From a virus: a stretch of 64,000 nt of DNA. Numbering within the stretch: the first letter of the stretch is position 1; the number at the start of each line of letters is the position of its first letter. Below the pieces are notes generated by a model, which saw only the letters and a program-made list of their open reading frames with translations, was not told the origin of the DNA and did not search any database. The translations under genes and the position numbers were made by a program. Shown piece by piece: positions 49,042-58,844 of the stretch. The stretch covers positions 40,018-104,017 of IMG/VR virus record IMGVR_UViG_3300034101_003783, one strand, 5' to 3'.

Positions 49042-50859
49042 TTAGCTATTTAGTAATTTATCTAACTCGTTTTCTATATCCCCTAAAGAATTTGAGGCTT
49101 TTGATAAATCTATATACTCATCTTCTGTTATATCGTCACTTTCTAAAAGTAAATTTAAATTATCTTTTTTAAAGTTTTCAGGGATTGGGGGTCCTCCGCC
49201 TTCAGCTCCTCCCCCTCCTGGCGGTGGTGGTGGTGCCCCTCCTGGCGGTGGTGGTGCTCCTGCTCCTCCTTCGGCTGGTGCCGCTCCCGCGGTTTGGGTG
49301 CTACCTGTTTGTACTTTATACAATTTGTCCACAGTATCAAAGAAACCTGTGTGTGTTATGATGGTTGGGGTATTTGCTAATTCAGCGGCCACCGCTCTTT
49401 CTAATCTTATTTGTTGTAATTCCATTTTAATTTCTTCATCTGAGAATCCAAAAATATGTTTCTTAGCCCAAGTTGCCGATGTTGGTTGTAATGAGTTAGG
49501 TATTTCTGTAACCATATCTTTATATAACAAAACTTTTTCTTTCCAAACCTCAACCATTAATAAATCAGCTTGTTTAGATGGGTTGGTTAAACCTAATGTA
49601 AAGTTTTGTAATTCATCTTCAAATCCTAAAAGGAATAAATGTATAATTGCAATTTTATTTAATTCAGCAATAACACTTTTTTGTATTTTGTGTATTGTTC
49701 TTGCAAATCTAATATCAAGTAATGAAAGATTTTTTCCATCACCAACAGGTTCCTCAAAACCTAAATAAGCTTTAGGTATTCTTAATGCGGTTAAAAGTTT
49801 CTTTTGTATATATTCAATATCGGCAATTTCCGATAAGTTAGCGGCCCCTGCCAATGTTTCAATTGGCATTGTTTGTGTTGCATCTCTTACAGGTATAAAG
49901 TAATCTTGGTCAACTGCCATCTGATTAAATCTTAAATCTACGTTACCAGTTTTAGAATCAACAATTTGATCTCTTTTAAATTTGTTTGCAACTCTTTGTA
50001 CGTAAGCTTCAACATCCTTATCATCCATGTTACCAACATAAACCTTAAACACACGTCTTTCAGGTGCTCTTGATGTTCTATATATTAACATCGCGTCTTC
50101 AGCAAGCACCAACTGTTTCCATATACGTCTGGCCTTTTCTAACATAGAAGTACCATAAGGTAATTTTCTATCATCTCCTAGTAATCTAAAATGAGCTATC
50201 TCCCAAGTGTTGAATTCCATGTCTTTGTTTTTCCATACAAACCTTAGATTTTTTTCTTTCATAGATGGAGTTGTATTTGTAGATCTTGTCTCCATACCAC
50301 GCTCTAATCTTTCGATTTCAATATTTGGTAATTGCATACAACTTACAACTCCTTTTTCAGGATCAAGTTTTAGATATACAAAATTATCACCATACTTACA
50401 CATGTTTCTTACCCACATTTGTAAGTTTGTGTTTATATCTAAATTATTATTAAATAAATCAACTAAAATACTTTTTATTCTTTTTGATTCAGAATAAACT
50501 TGTAAAATATAACCATCATGATTTGATGTTGTAGATTCTTCTGCATATATATCTAAAGCTGTAGATATTTCAGGAGTATATTCCATTGATTCATAATCAT
50601 AAAAAGCCGATATTCTATTTGGTTCATAATAAACCGCCTGACTATATAAATTATTCTCAATTTTTTTCCAATTGTCATTTAAAAATAAAGTTTGTTGTAT
50701 CTCTAATTTTTCTTTTTCAAATTGGGACTTATCTGTTGTTTTTAAAATTTCTTTTTTATCAAATTTATAAACAGGATCATCCATCCCCAATAAAGAATTG
50801 GGTCCAAATGTTTTGGATAACCTTTGCCAAACCGTTAAATCTTTTTTATTTTCTTCCAT
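49042..50859 (-). CDS. gp20: Portal protein, T4 gp20-like
   Basis: EDAMLIYRTSRAPERRVFKVYVGN, DYFIPVR, IETLAG and DIEY.QKKL..AL.IP motifs. Confidence 0.96.
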   Translation of the reverse strand: MEENKKDLTVWQRLSKTFGPNSLLGMDDPVYKFDKKEILKTTDKSQFEKEKLEIQQTLFLNDNWKKIENNLYSQAVYYEPNRISAFYDYESMEYTPEISTALDIYAEESTTSNHDGYILQVYSESKRIKSILVDLFNNNLDINTNLQMWVRNMCKYGDNFVYLKLDPEKGVVSCMQLPNIEIERLERGMETRSTNTTPSMKEKNLRFVWKNKDMEFNTWEIAHFRLLGDDRKLPYGTSMLEKARRIWKQLVLAEDAMLIYRTSRAPERRVFKVYVGNMDDKDVEAYVQRVANKFKRDQIVDSKTGNVDLRFNQMAVDQDYFIPVRDATQTMPIETLAGAANLSEIADIEYIQKKLLTALRIPKAYLGFEEPVGDGKNLSLLDIRFARTIHKIQKSVIAELNKIAIIHLFLLGFEDELQNFTLGLTNPSKQADLLMVEVWKEKVLLYKDMVTEIPNSLQPTSATWAKKHIFGFSDEEIKMELQQIRLERAVAAELANTPTIITHTGFFDTVDKLYKVQTGSTQTAGAAPAEGGAGAPPPPGGAPPPPPGGGGAEGGGPPIPENFKKDNLNLLLESDDITEDEYIDLSKASNSLGDIENELDKLLNS

Positions 50860-50924
50860 ATGTAAAATTTAACTTATATTTTTTTAATATAAAGTTTATT
50901 GTGATATATTATAATTATATTACA

Positions 50925-51095
50925 TTAGACTAATTTTGTTGTTGTTGTGGTTGTTATGAAATCAATGGTGTTATACTGACTTTTTTTTCTAAAAGTAGGC
51001 TCTATTATTTTAACCGAATATATTCCTTCACCATTAACAATCAAGTTTGATCCCCCAATTATTTTTCCACTTTTTTTTCTCCTTATACTACCCAT
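50925..51095 (-). CDS. Unlisted 56-aa basic protein ending in poly-Thr
   Basis: Manual translation: MGSIRRKKSGKIIGGSNLIVNGEGIYSVKIIEPTFRKKSQYNTIDFITTTTTTKLV*. TATTTAT 4 nt upstream. Fills the terminase-portal gap. Confidence 0.7.
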   Translation of the reverse strand: MGSIRRKKSGKIIGGSNLIVNGEGIYSVKIIEPTFRKKSQYNTIDFITTTTTTKLV

Positions 51096-51109
51096 AGCTA
51101 TAAATATTA

Positions 51110-52879
51110 TTACTTACCAAATAACCAATTATATTTTATATAATCATCTTTAGTTGCCGAATTAATCTCCTTACCTAAATAATCTCTTTTAATATTTAAA
51201 TTAGGTAACACAGGATTAAAATGTACTTCTTTAGCAACAGAATCATTTGACGCCACAGTCCATGATTCTAACATGACTTTTGCCTGTTGTACTACTTTTT
51301 CTAATTTTGTAAATGAAAATTCCCCAACATATATTGCCATTGATATTCCCATTATTAAATCATCATGTTGTCCTTTTTGATGGTCAGGTCTTCCGTTAAT
51401 ATAAACAAATGTATTCATTTCATTATATAACCTAACACTTCTTATTTTAAACTTATGTCTTACCGCCTCCTCAAATGCGGCAATAATTTGTACTCTTTTA
51501 TTATTAAAGTTTAAACCAGGAATTTTATCCGCCATTTTTGTTGTGTTAGACCAAATACTTGTAGTATCGACTCCATCAACATACAAGTTTTTATAACCTA
51601 ATTCTTGTAATTTCCTTACTGTAGTTATACCCATACCGCCAGTTATGTCAACAACAACAAAAGCCGAATACATTATTGCCCATTTGTATGCAATTTCCGC
51701 CAAAGCGTCTGGAGGTATTTTTCCTACGTATTCAAAAACCTGTTCTCTATCGTCAAAATCAATTATTTGTATCGAACTAAAATCTTCGCTGTCACCTCTT
51801 GAAACATCAATGCCCATTATATACCTGTGACCTTGTATAGGATCTTTCCATACCCATAATGAGTTACCCATTAATTTTCCACTAGGATCACACAATGTAT
51901 TATTTTTTATTTCTTCTAATTGTTTGTTATCAAAAACATTATCACCCGAACCTAAAAATTCACAATTTAACTCTTGGTTAATTTTTCTTTTGTCGTACTT
52001 TAATTTTTTTACCATTTTTTCATACCATGTTGAGCATGGTTTGTAACCATCTTTAAAGTAATTTGAAATTTCTTCATAATTTCTTTCGTATGGATCAAGA
52101 TGTGCAAATGATATATGTTTAGATTCATCTTGTTCATCTTTATTTAAAAGGTAATGTACTAAATCGTCAGTAGGCACCAAAAATAAATCTTTTGCATATC
52201 TTGGGTCTCTCCACCAATACATTTCAGATATTTTAAAATTATTGATCCCTTTAACCGCCTGATTATATACATCATAATATATTGGATCATATCCATTTGG
52301 TGTTGATACAACTATAACTTTACCACCTGTAGAAAGTGATGCCATACAAGCCGCCCAAAAATCACTATCAGCCTCAATAAATGCCGCCTCATCAAATACA
52401 AGTATTGTCGGCGTAAAACCACGAAGTGCATCTTTTGATGTTGCAACCGCCTTTACCTCACTACCGTTTGTTAACTTGTAATGTTTTTGTGAGTTCTTAT
52501 CCACAGAAAATCCAGCACCAACCCATGAAGGCCACTGATCAACAAAAGTTCTTATTTTGTTTGCCATCTCCATTGAGGTATCAAGTTTATTGGCAATTAT
52601 AAGAATTTTTTCAGGTTGATTTTTTTTAGCAAAGACTAGTCTTTTTGAAACCCATGCGGCGGTAACTGTTGATACTCCGGCCTGTCTATATTTTAAAGCA
52701 ATATTTTCTTCATAATCCTCATAATCTTTTAACAATGAAACCTGATCTGGAAATAATTGTAAAGGGACATATTTAGAAACTGTATTATCATATGTTTGTA
52801 GATATGTCTTTAAAGCGTATTCAGTATCTTTCATACACCTAACATACTCCAACATGATTTGTTCTTTTGTTAAACTCAT
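51110..52879 (-). CDS. terL: Terminase large subunit, T4 gp17-like
   Basis: KYRQAGVST, FDEAAF, STPNG, GIDVSRG..DFS and HDDL motifs. Confidence 0.96.
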   Translation of the reverse strand: MSLTKEQIMLEYVRCMKDTEYALKTYLQTYDNTVSKYVPLQLFPDQVSLLKDYEDYEENIALKYRQAGVSTVTAAWVSKRLVFAKKNQPEKILIIANKLDTSMEMANKIRTFVDQWPSWVGAGFSVDKNSQKHYKLTNGSEVKAVATSKDALRGFTPTILVFDEAAFIEADSDFWAACMASLSTGGKVIVVSTPNGYDPIYYDVYNQAVKGINNFKISEMYWWRDPRYAKDLFLVPTDDLVHYLLNKDEQDESKHISFAHLDPYERNYEEISNYFKDGYKPCSTWYEKMVKKLKYDKRKINQELNCEFLGSGDNVFDNKQLEEIKNNTLCDPSGKLMGNSLWVWKDPIQGHRYIMGIDVSRGDSEDFSSIQIIDFDDREQVFEYVGKIPPDALAEIAYKWAIMYSAFVVVDITGGMGITTVRKLQELGYKNLYVDGVDTTSIWSNTTKMADKIPGLNFNNKRVQIIAAFEEAVRHKFKIRSVRLYNEMNTFVYINGRPDHQKGQHDDLIMGISMAIYVGEFSFTKLEKVVQQAKVMLESWTVASNDSVAKEVHFNPVLPNLNIKRDYLGKEINSATKDDYIKYNWLFGK

Positions 52880-52919
52880 AAAGTATTTTATTATAAATAC
52901 ATTCTCAATTTTTATTTAT

Positions 52920-52945
52920 AAAAAAACCCACCTTTTAGGTGGGTT
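52920..52945 (-). terminator. Terminator
   Basis: AACCCACCT/AGGTGGGTT hairpin with an A-tract on +. Confidence 0.75.
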
Positions 52946-52953
52946 AATTAAAT

Positions 52954-54312
52954 TTAATAAGTGTAATTGTCGTCTTCATAATCATATTCGTCATCATCAT
53001 CACTTCTAAGTCTATCATATTCTTTTTTTGCTTTTTGATACAACTCTCTAAATTCTTTTACCGCCTTTAAATTGTCTTCTTTTTTATTTGAAACTACATT
53101 AGCGATTATTTGTTTTAAAAATCTTTCAGCCGGAACCTCATACAGGGCTTTCTCAAAGAACGGCATATAAACACGACCAGAAGGGTCTAAAACTAATTCA
53201 TCAGGTAACATTGTTCTTATTTTTCTTGCTAATTCAGCACCAACTCTAAAATTCATTGGTTCATTCTCCATAGTATCTGTCTGTGAAATAACTTGTCTTG
53301 CCATTTCAGGATCCATATTCCTCCACTGTTCTCTTGTTGTAACCATACTAAACGCCTTATCAACTTCATGTAAAAGTATTGGAAAAATTAACCCGTTAGC
53401 AAACCAAGTATCTTTTTCTTCCGATTCACCATCATTATTATCATCTTCATCGTCATCATCTGGTTCAGGGGCCTTGGCCTTACCTGCGGAACCCGCAGCA
53501 TTACCACCCAACATCTCAATTAACTGTTGATTTGTAAAATACATCAAATCGTTTGCCCCCATTATTTTATTATATAGTGGATATAGTGATGGGTCAATTG
53601 CATCTAATCTATTTTTATATGCTTGATAGCCATATTGACCTCTTTTTGCCTTACCCATAACATAAGCATTGATAATGTTTCTTTTTTCAATCTCAAGTTG
53701 TTTTTGCTCTTCAGGTGTTAACTCATCAATATCAAATGAAAAATTTGCCGGTATTGGTAATTTTTTATTTTCTTTTGCTTTAATTTGAAAAATAGACGGG
53801 TCTATTGATTGTTCACCTAAAAACGTTAACAAATTAAAAAATTCAAATTCAAATATTGTTCCTCCATCACGAGATTTTCTTTTTTTAATATACCCTTCTC
53901 TTAATGCTTGTTCCATTGTCATATCATGAGGCATCCACCCTTCTTCTTTTGCGCCAATCTCAACGGCAAGATCTCTAAGTTTTTCTCTATGTCTTGGTTC
54001 TGTCATCATGGCTTGTCTAACTGCCATCATTTGTTCCATTTGAATTGCAGACATAACTGAAGGGTCTGTTATATTTCTTTCAGTGCCAAAATACCTTTTA
54101 ACATAATCCACAATTTCTTTAAATCTATCACCAGCCAACCTCTCAACGTCAGATACCCCACCAGCAAAACCTCTGTTTTTTGCGTATATATTTTCAGGAT
54201 CTTCTATTTTCTGTTGAACTCTTGGGTCCATTCTTTCTGGGTAATCGCCATAATCAACAGGAGCCTCTTTTACAATTCTTCTTATTAGTCTTTCAAGTTC
54301 TCTATGTCCCAT
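52954..54312 (-). CDS. Hypothetical protein (putative internal head protein)
   Basis: N-terminal LERLIRRIVKE|A. LLHE motif. Confidence 0.7.
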   Translation of the reverse strand: MGHRELERLIRRIVKEAPVDYGDYPERMDPRVQQKIEDPENIYAKNRGFAGGVSDVERLAGDRFKEIVDYVKRYFGTERNITDPSVMSAIQMEQMMAVRQAMMTEPRHREKLRDLAVEIGAKEEGWMPHDMTMEQALREGYIKKRKSRDGGTIFEFEFFNLLTFLGEQSIDPSIFQIKAKENKKLPIPANFSFDIDELTPEEQKQLEIEKRNIINAYVMGKAKRGQYGYQAYKNRLDAIDPSLYPLYNKIMGANDLMYFTNQQLIEMLGGNAAGSAGKAKAPEPDDDDEDDNNDGESEEKDTWFANGLIFPILLHEVDKAFSMVTTREQWRNMDPEMARQVISQTDTMENEPMNFRVGAELARKIRTMLPDELVLDPSGRVYMPFFEKALYEVPAERFLKQIIANVVSNKKEDNLKAVKEFRELYQKAKKEYDRLRSDDDDEYDYEDDNYTY

Positions 54313-54314
54313 TA

Positions 54315-55481
54315 TTAAAAATTTAATACGTTCATTATAGCGTCAATGAAATTACTTTGTTGTTTTTCCATTTTAGCCTTTGGTTGTTCCTCAACACCAG
54401 GATTAGGATCTTTAAAAGGGTTTCCTTTTCTTCTTGTTGGTGTTTTAGTTTTTTCTCTTTCTTTAGTTCTTTCTTTTTCTTTTGTCCCAGCTTTTGGGTG
54501 TTCTTCAACACCAGGATTAGGATCTCTAAATGGATTATCTTTAGTTCTATCCTTTTCTTTAGTTCTATCCTTTTCTTTAGTTCTATCTTTTTCTTTTGTA
54601 TTTGCTTTTGGGTGTTCTTCAACACCAGGATTAGGATCTCTAAATGGATTATCTTTAGTTCTATCCTTTTCTTTAGTTCTATCCTTTTCTTTAGTTCTAT
54701 CTTTTTCTTTTGTGTCTTCACCTAAAGAAAAAATACTTGATATAGGTCTTTTCATTTTTTTCATTTCTATTCCTGATTCGTCTGAAAACATAGACATCTT
54801 TTTTGGATTTCTCAAAATCATAGAATTAAATTTATTAGATTTTTCAGATATAGTTTTTAACATATTACCTTTAGTAAAAGTTGGGTTGATGTGTTCATCC
54901 AACATATCAAGAATTTTGTCTTCTAAAAATCTTTCTAAATTTTCATTTGTTTTTCTTTTAACTGTTTTTTCAGGATGTTTTTTTTCTGGCATATTTTTGT
55001 ATTGTTTTTTGGATGTACTATCAGAAAATTCTTTAGCCATCTTACACCATTTTTCTTTTGTTTTACCTTTACTGTTATCACATTTTGACCAAAACAAAGC
55101 TTGTTGGGATTTAGATTCAAATTTTTCTTTTATATCAGATTCAAACATTCCCATTCCATCTTCAGTTGCATCAGGATCGTTTACTACGTTTAAAGTGTCA
55201 TCTTCAGACATTTCACCTTCTAACGTAACATCAACACTACCATCAGTATTTAATTTAAATGCTCTTCCTCCAGGAAGTGATTCTCCTTTTGATTTAGCAT
55301 CCGAGACTTCAGCAGCACTAAACTTTTTTATTTTAGTCACTATATCTTGGGCTTCTTTTGCTTCTTTCTTCTTTGAAAATTTTTCAGACAATACTTTTAT
55401 CTGACTATCATTTAAATTACTAATAGTATTAAACGACAACCCATTTTCAAGTAAAGTTAAAATATGATTTTTAGTTCTCAT
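54315..55481 (-). CDS. Highly charged repeat protein (putative internal head protein)
   Basis: KEKDRT and NPFRDPNPGVEEHPKA repeats. Multiple I/L-x-E sites. Confidence 0.7.
   Translation of the reverse strand: MRTKNHILTLLENGLSFNTISNLNDSQIKVLSEKFSKKKEAKEAQDIVTKIKKFSAAEVSDAKSKGESLPGGRAFKLNTDGSVDVTLEGEMSEDDTLNVVNDPDATEDGMGMFESDIKEKFESKSQQALFWSKCDNSKGKTKEKWCKMAKEFSDSTSKKQYKNMPEKKHPEKTVKRKTNENLERFLEDKILDMLDEHINPTFTKGNMLKTISEKSNKFNSMILRNPKKMSMFSDESGIEMKKMKRPISSIFSLGEDTKEKDRTKEKDRTKEKDRTKDNPFRDPNPGVEEHPKANTKEKDRTKEKDRTKEKDRTKDNPFRDPNPGVEEHPKAGTKEKERTKEREKTKTPTRRKGNPFKDPNPGVEEQPKAKMEKQQSNFIDAIMNVLNF
54376..54713. repeat. Three 114-bp in-frame units with nested 18-bp repeats
   Basis: 54490-54599 equals 54604-54713. 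A degenerate third unit starts at 54376. Confidence 0.9.
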
Positions 55482-55878
55482 ACACTACTTTTTTATCAAA
55501 TTCAAGAACGATATCACGTTCATATAGTTTATCTTTTACTTCTTGTTCCGTTTCTCCAAACTTGAAGACCAACCTTTTAGTTATTGAAAAATCGATTTCA
55601 TTTGTTTCTTTTTCCCACCCTAAAGATATAACTCCATCCATTGAGTCCATCATTGAAAAAACATCTGAATTTTGAATCAATTCTAAAGATATTTCTCCAT
55701 TTATTAATGACCCAACTTTTTTAACATACTCAAAATCAGGGGGTGATGGATAACCATTTGATGGTTTTGATTCCCAATTTTCCCCCCAAACATCTAATGC
55801 GTCTGAAAATATGAATTCATAAATGTTGTCACCTTTATAATTAGGTCCCATTCCATTTATGTATATTAGATACATCAT
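55471..55878 (-). CDS. Hypothetical protein
   Basis: 135-aa ORF overlapping both neighbours. Confidence 0.65.
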   Translation of the reverse strand: MMYLIYINGMGPNYKGDNIYEFIFSDALDVWGENWESKPSNGYPSPPDFEYVKKVGSLINGEISLELIQNSDVFSMMDSMDGVISLGWEKETNEIDFSITKRLVFKFGETEQEVKDKLYERDIVLEFDKKVVYEN

Positions 55879-57227
55879 AGAACTCTTTTTCCGCTGGTTG
55901 AAATTTTATGTTCCTTTAACCCAACTTTAAATAATAAGTTCTTTTTATTTGTAGACCCAATTAGAGTTGCTCTTGGATTTTTTTCTAAAAACTTTAATGC
56001 CGCTCTTTCTTGAGAAATGGTTGATGATAATCTTTTAATTTCCATTTCATTAACCATAAAATTTTCTTTTAAAATATTTTGATTTAATCTTTTTTTATTA
56101 TTTAAAGATTTTTTTTCATCTTCTGTGATTGAGAAATATTTACCGATAATTTTGTCAACTTTAGATTCTGAAAACATATTATCAACTCTAGTACCTAAAG
56201 GACCAACTTGCATTCTATTTCTATTTCTATAACCATATTCAGTCATTTCACCATCTTCAGTTGGTGGTTGAGGGGTTTCTATTTCTGGAGATTCTTCATC
56301 TTCCATACCTTCTTCATCTCCCATTCCTGTATCTCCTTCTTCCTCATCTTCTTCTTCACCTTCTAAACGATCTATTATTTCTTCTACATCTTCATCGTCT
56401 AATACAGAAATGTCTAATGAAGATATTATTGAATTTAATATATATTTAACGTCGTCAGAATCCATCTCTTCGTTATTAAGATATTTTCTAATTTTTTGTG
56501 AAAGTTTTCCTGTTAATTTTTGTATTAACTTAAAAGAAACTCCCCCTTTTTCTTTTCCTTCTTCATCTCCCATTGGTTCTTCATCTCCCATTGGTTCTTC
56601 ATCCCCCATTCCTGTGTCTCCTTCTTCATCTCCCATAGGTGATCCACCTGTTTCAGGTGCTCCACCAGCCATAGGATCAGGTGCTCCACCAGCCATAGGA
56701 TCAGGCGCTCCACCAGCCATAGGATCAGGTGCTCCACCAGCCATAGGATCAGGCGCTCCACCAGCCATAGGATCAGGTGATGAGGATGGGGCAGGTGCCG
56801 GTTCAGGTAATGTTGGTGCCTCTTCAGGGGCAACATCCGCCTTTGGTTTGGCAACCTTTAATTTAAATTTTTTCTGTTCTGTAAATAAATTAGTCCCTTT
56901 ATCATTATCATATAAAGTATTAAATTCTTTGGCCATTAAATTTAATTTTTTTAATGCTTCAGAATATGATCTAAAATATCTCCTATTTTTCATAGGTTCT
57001 ATATAATCAGAATAAGATTCTGTTATATTTCTTTTTATAATATAACCTTGTCTTTCTTTTACAATTTCATACGAATTACCATCCGCCAGAGGTAGTCTAT
57101 ATTCTGTTGATTTTAATTCTATTTCTTTATTAGGTAATGAATGATTGTAATTAGCAATCTCCATAATTCTACGAATTTTATCCATACCACCTAATTTTTC
57201 ACTTCCAATAGGTTTAAGTCCTCCCAT
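55875..57227 (-). CDS. Acidic low-complexity protein (putative prohead core component)
   Basis: GGAPDPMA x5 and acidic linkers. TATTTAT upstream. Confidence 0.7.
   Translation of the reverse strand: MGGLKPIGSEKLGGMDKIRRIMEIANYNHSLPNKEIELKSTEYRLPLADGNSYEIVKERQGYIIKRNITESYSDYIEPMKNRRYFRSYSEALKKLNLMAKEFNTLYDNDKGTNLFTEQKKFKLKVAKPKADVAPEEAPTLPEPAPAPSSSPDPMAGGAPDPMAGGAPDPMAGGAPDPMAGGAPDPMAGGAPETGGSPMGDEEGDTGMGDEEPMGDEEPMGDEEGKEKGGVSFKLIQKLTGKLSQKIRKYLNNEEMDSDDVKYILNSIISSLDISVLDDEDVEEIIDRLEGEEEDEEEGDTGMGDEEGMEDEESPEIETPQPPTEDGEMTEYGYRNRNRMQVGPLGTRVDNMFSESKVDKIIGKYFSITEDEKKSLNNKKRLNQNILKENFMVNEMEIKRLSSTISQERAALKFLEKNPRATLIGSTNKKNLLFKVGLKEHKISTSGKRVL
56653..56779. repeat. 5 x 24-bp in-frame tandem repeat (PDPMAGGA)
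   Basis: Unit tcaggYgctccaccagccatagga. Confidence 0.95.
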
Positions 57228-57301
57228 AGTATATTTTTTTGATTAAATTATTTTATTAAATAAATATATCATTATTTGCTATTATTTTATTTTTGATTTA
57301 A

Positions 57302-58039
57302 TTATTGATTCATTGATAATTTTTTATCAACAACTTCTGTTGGTATATCGTATAGTTTACCAATATATCCATTTCTTCTTAATAGTTTAAATACCAAATT
57401 TTCTATTGATAATTCCCCACCTTTTTCTAATCCACAATTTCTAAATTTTTTTAATTTTTGTTTGTATTTTTTAACTAATGATTTAATTGTATCCGGAGTT
57501 TCATCTTTAATATTATCCACAACCCCATCAATAACCTTCATCCATTGTTCTGCCTTTTCTCTAACTAAATCTAAATCAACGTTTTTTGTACTTATTTTTT
57601 TAGGTTCATTAACCCACATATCATAATATATAGAATATATACCGCTACTAAATGTTGTCTCAACCTCATCTTGGACAAAGCATTCAACGTCATAACCAAA
57701 AATTTTAATATCATGTCTATCGTTAAAAATTACTTTTTTAAGATCAAAAAACTCAACATAAAGTTCTTTAGTGTTATCAGAAAATTGTCCGTAATTAACA
57801 ACTATGTGCAAATCAATATCTGAATATTTTGACCAGTTGTAATTAACCAAAGATCCTATCATAATGATATCAGTTATCAAAACGTCGACTCCTAAAAAGT
57901 CAATAAAAAGATTTGCAATTTCTAAAAGGTTTTCTCTAACTTTTGGGTTCATGGAATACTCTCCATTTTTTTCTTCCCATATTTTTGGGTTTAGCTCATC
58001 TTGAGCATCAAAACTTTTAATTATATCTTGAGTATTCAT
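57302..58039 (-). CDS. Pol-beta superfamily nucleotidyltransferase
   Basis: IGSLVNYNWSKYSDIDLHI (GS...DxD) with a downstream acidic residue in YDVECFVQD. Confidence 0.8.
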   Translation of the reverse strand: MNTQDIIKSFDAQDELNPKIWEEKNGEYSMNPKVRENLLEIANLFIDFLGVDVLITDIIMIGSLVNYNWSKYSDIDLHIVVNYGQFSDNTKELYVEFFDLKKVIFNDRHDIKIFGYDVECFVQDEVETTFSSGIYSIYYDMWVNEPKKISTKNVDLDLVREKAEQWMKVIDGVVDNIKDETPDTIKSLVKKYKQKLKKFRNCGLEKGGELSIENLVFKLLRRNGYIGKLYDIPTEVVDKKLSMNQ

Positions 58040-58058
58040 AACAATAAATACTCATTAA

Positions 58059-58301
58059 TTATAGTTTTTTGTATTTGTAAATTTTAGATATGTTTTTATT
58101 AAAGTACGTCCCTTGCGAAGGAGACATTCTAAACTCAGTATATTTTACATGTGGGACATCTTCATATTCATATCTAAGACCATTTTTAAATTCTGCAATC
58201 ATTTTTCTTGTTTCAGTATCATATTCTGTTCTTACAATATTTGATGATTGTATTTCATTTAAAATTTTTGTTCCCTTTATTTCTTCTCTTGTTACCGACA
58301 T
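58059..58301 (-). CDS. KTSC-domain protein
   Basis: SSNI....YD......EFKNG..YEY.DVP...Y..F...S.G.YFNKNI pattern. Confidence 0.9.
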   Translation of the reverse strand: MSVTREEIKGTKILNEIQSSNIVRTEYDTETRKMIAEFKNGLRYEYEDVPHVKYTEFRMSPSQGTYFNKNISKIYKYKKL

Positions 58302-58305
58302 AATT

Positions 58306-58683
58306 TTATTTTAACAATTTTATTTGGTCTCTGTATTCTATAGCCTTTTCAAAATCTTGGTTTTTAACACATTCTGCTAATTTAAGGTTTAATTCATAAA
58401 TTTTTTCCGTATTTTTTTCTAAATTTTTAATTTTATCTCTTAACTCAACAGCTTCCTCGAAATTTTGATCCTCAACAGCAAACTCTAATTTATTTTTTAA
58501 AAATTCAATTTCCTCTGAAGTATTGTTATTCTTAGAATAATTTTTTGTAAGGTAGGTTATTGAATAGGAACCATCAGGAGATTTAAAAACTTTTTTTTCC
58601 CAACTATTATCGTTAAGATTAATTCCACTTTTAAATGAAAACATATCATTAAAAAGTTTATCAAATTCATTCCAATTAAACAT
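58306..58683 (-). CDS. Tandem UVR (UvrB/UvrC motif) protein, putative Clp adaptor
   Basis: AVEDQNFEEAVELRDKIK and CVKNQDFEKAIEYRDQIK. Confidence 0.8.
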   Translation of the reverse strand: MFNWNEFDKLFNDMFSFKSGINLNDNSWEKKVFKSPDGSYSITYLTKNYSKNNNTSEEIEFLKNKLEFAVEDQNFEEAVELRDKIKNLEKNTEKIYELNLKLAECVKNQDFEKAIEYRDQIKLLK

Positions 58684-58749
58684 AATATTTTATTTTTTTA
58701 AGGTTTATTTTTTTTGTGTTTTATTAAAATCATACCATAATAGAAAATA

Positions 58750-58762
58750 TGACAATTTGTCA
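58750..58762. promoter_or_regulatory. Palindromic operator candidate TGACA-N3-TGTCA
   Basis: Perfect inverted repeat between the divergent UVR and clpC genes. A degenerate copy lies at 58781-58793. Confidence 0.45.
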
Positions 58763-58844
58763 GTTAATATAAATAAATACCGACAAAAAGACAAGTATTG
58801 ACTACTACTTTTCTTATAATTAAATTTAAATAAAACTTTTAAAT

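Noticed and set aside
42844-52879. Intein or intron in capsid, portal or terminase
   Set aside because: The ORFs are continuous, no intein C...HN or LAGLIDADG motifs were seen, and the capsid insertion looks like a structural domain.
54346-55404. 352-aa plus-strand ORF and similar antisense ORFs (45012, 46101, 49298, 56410)
   Set aside because: They mirror repetitive or charged minus-strand genes and have S/F/L-biased composition typical of shadows.
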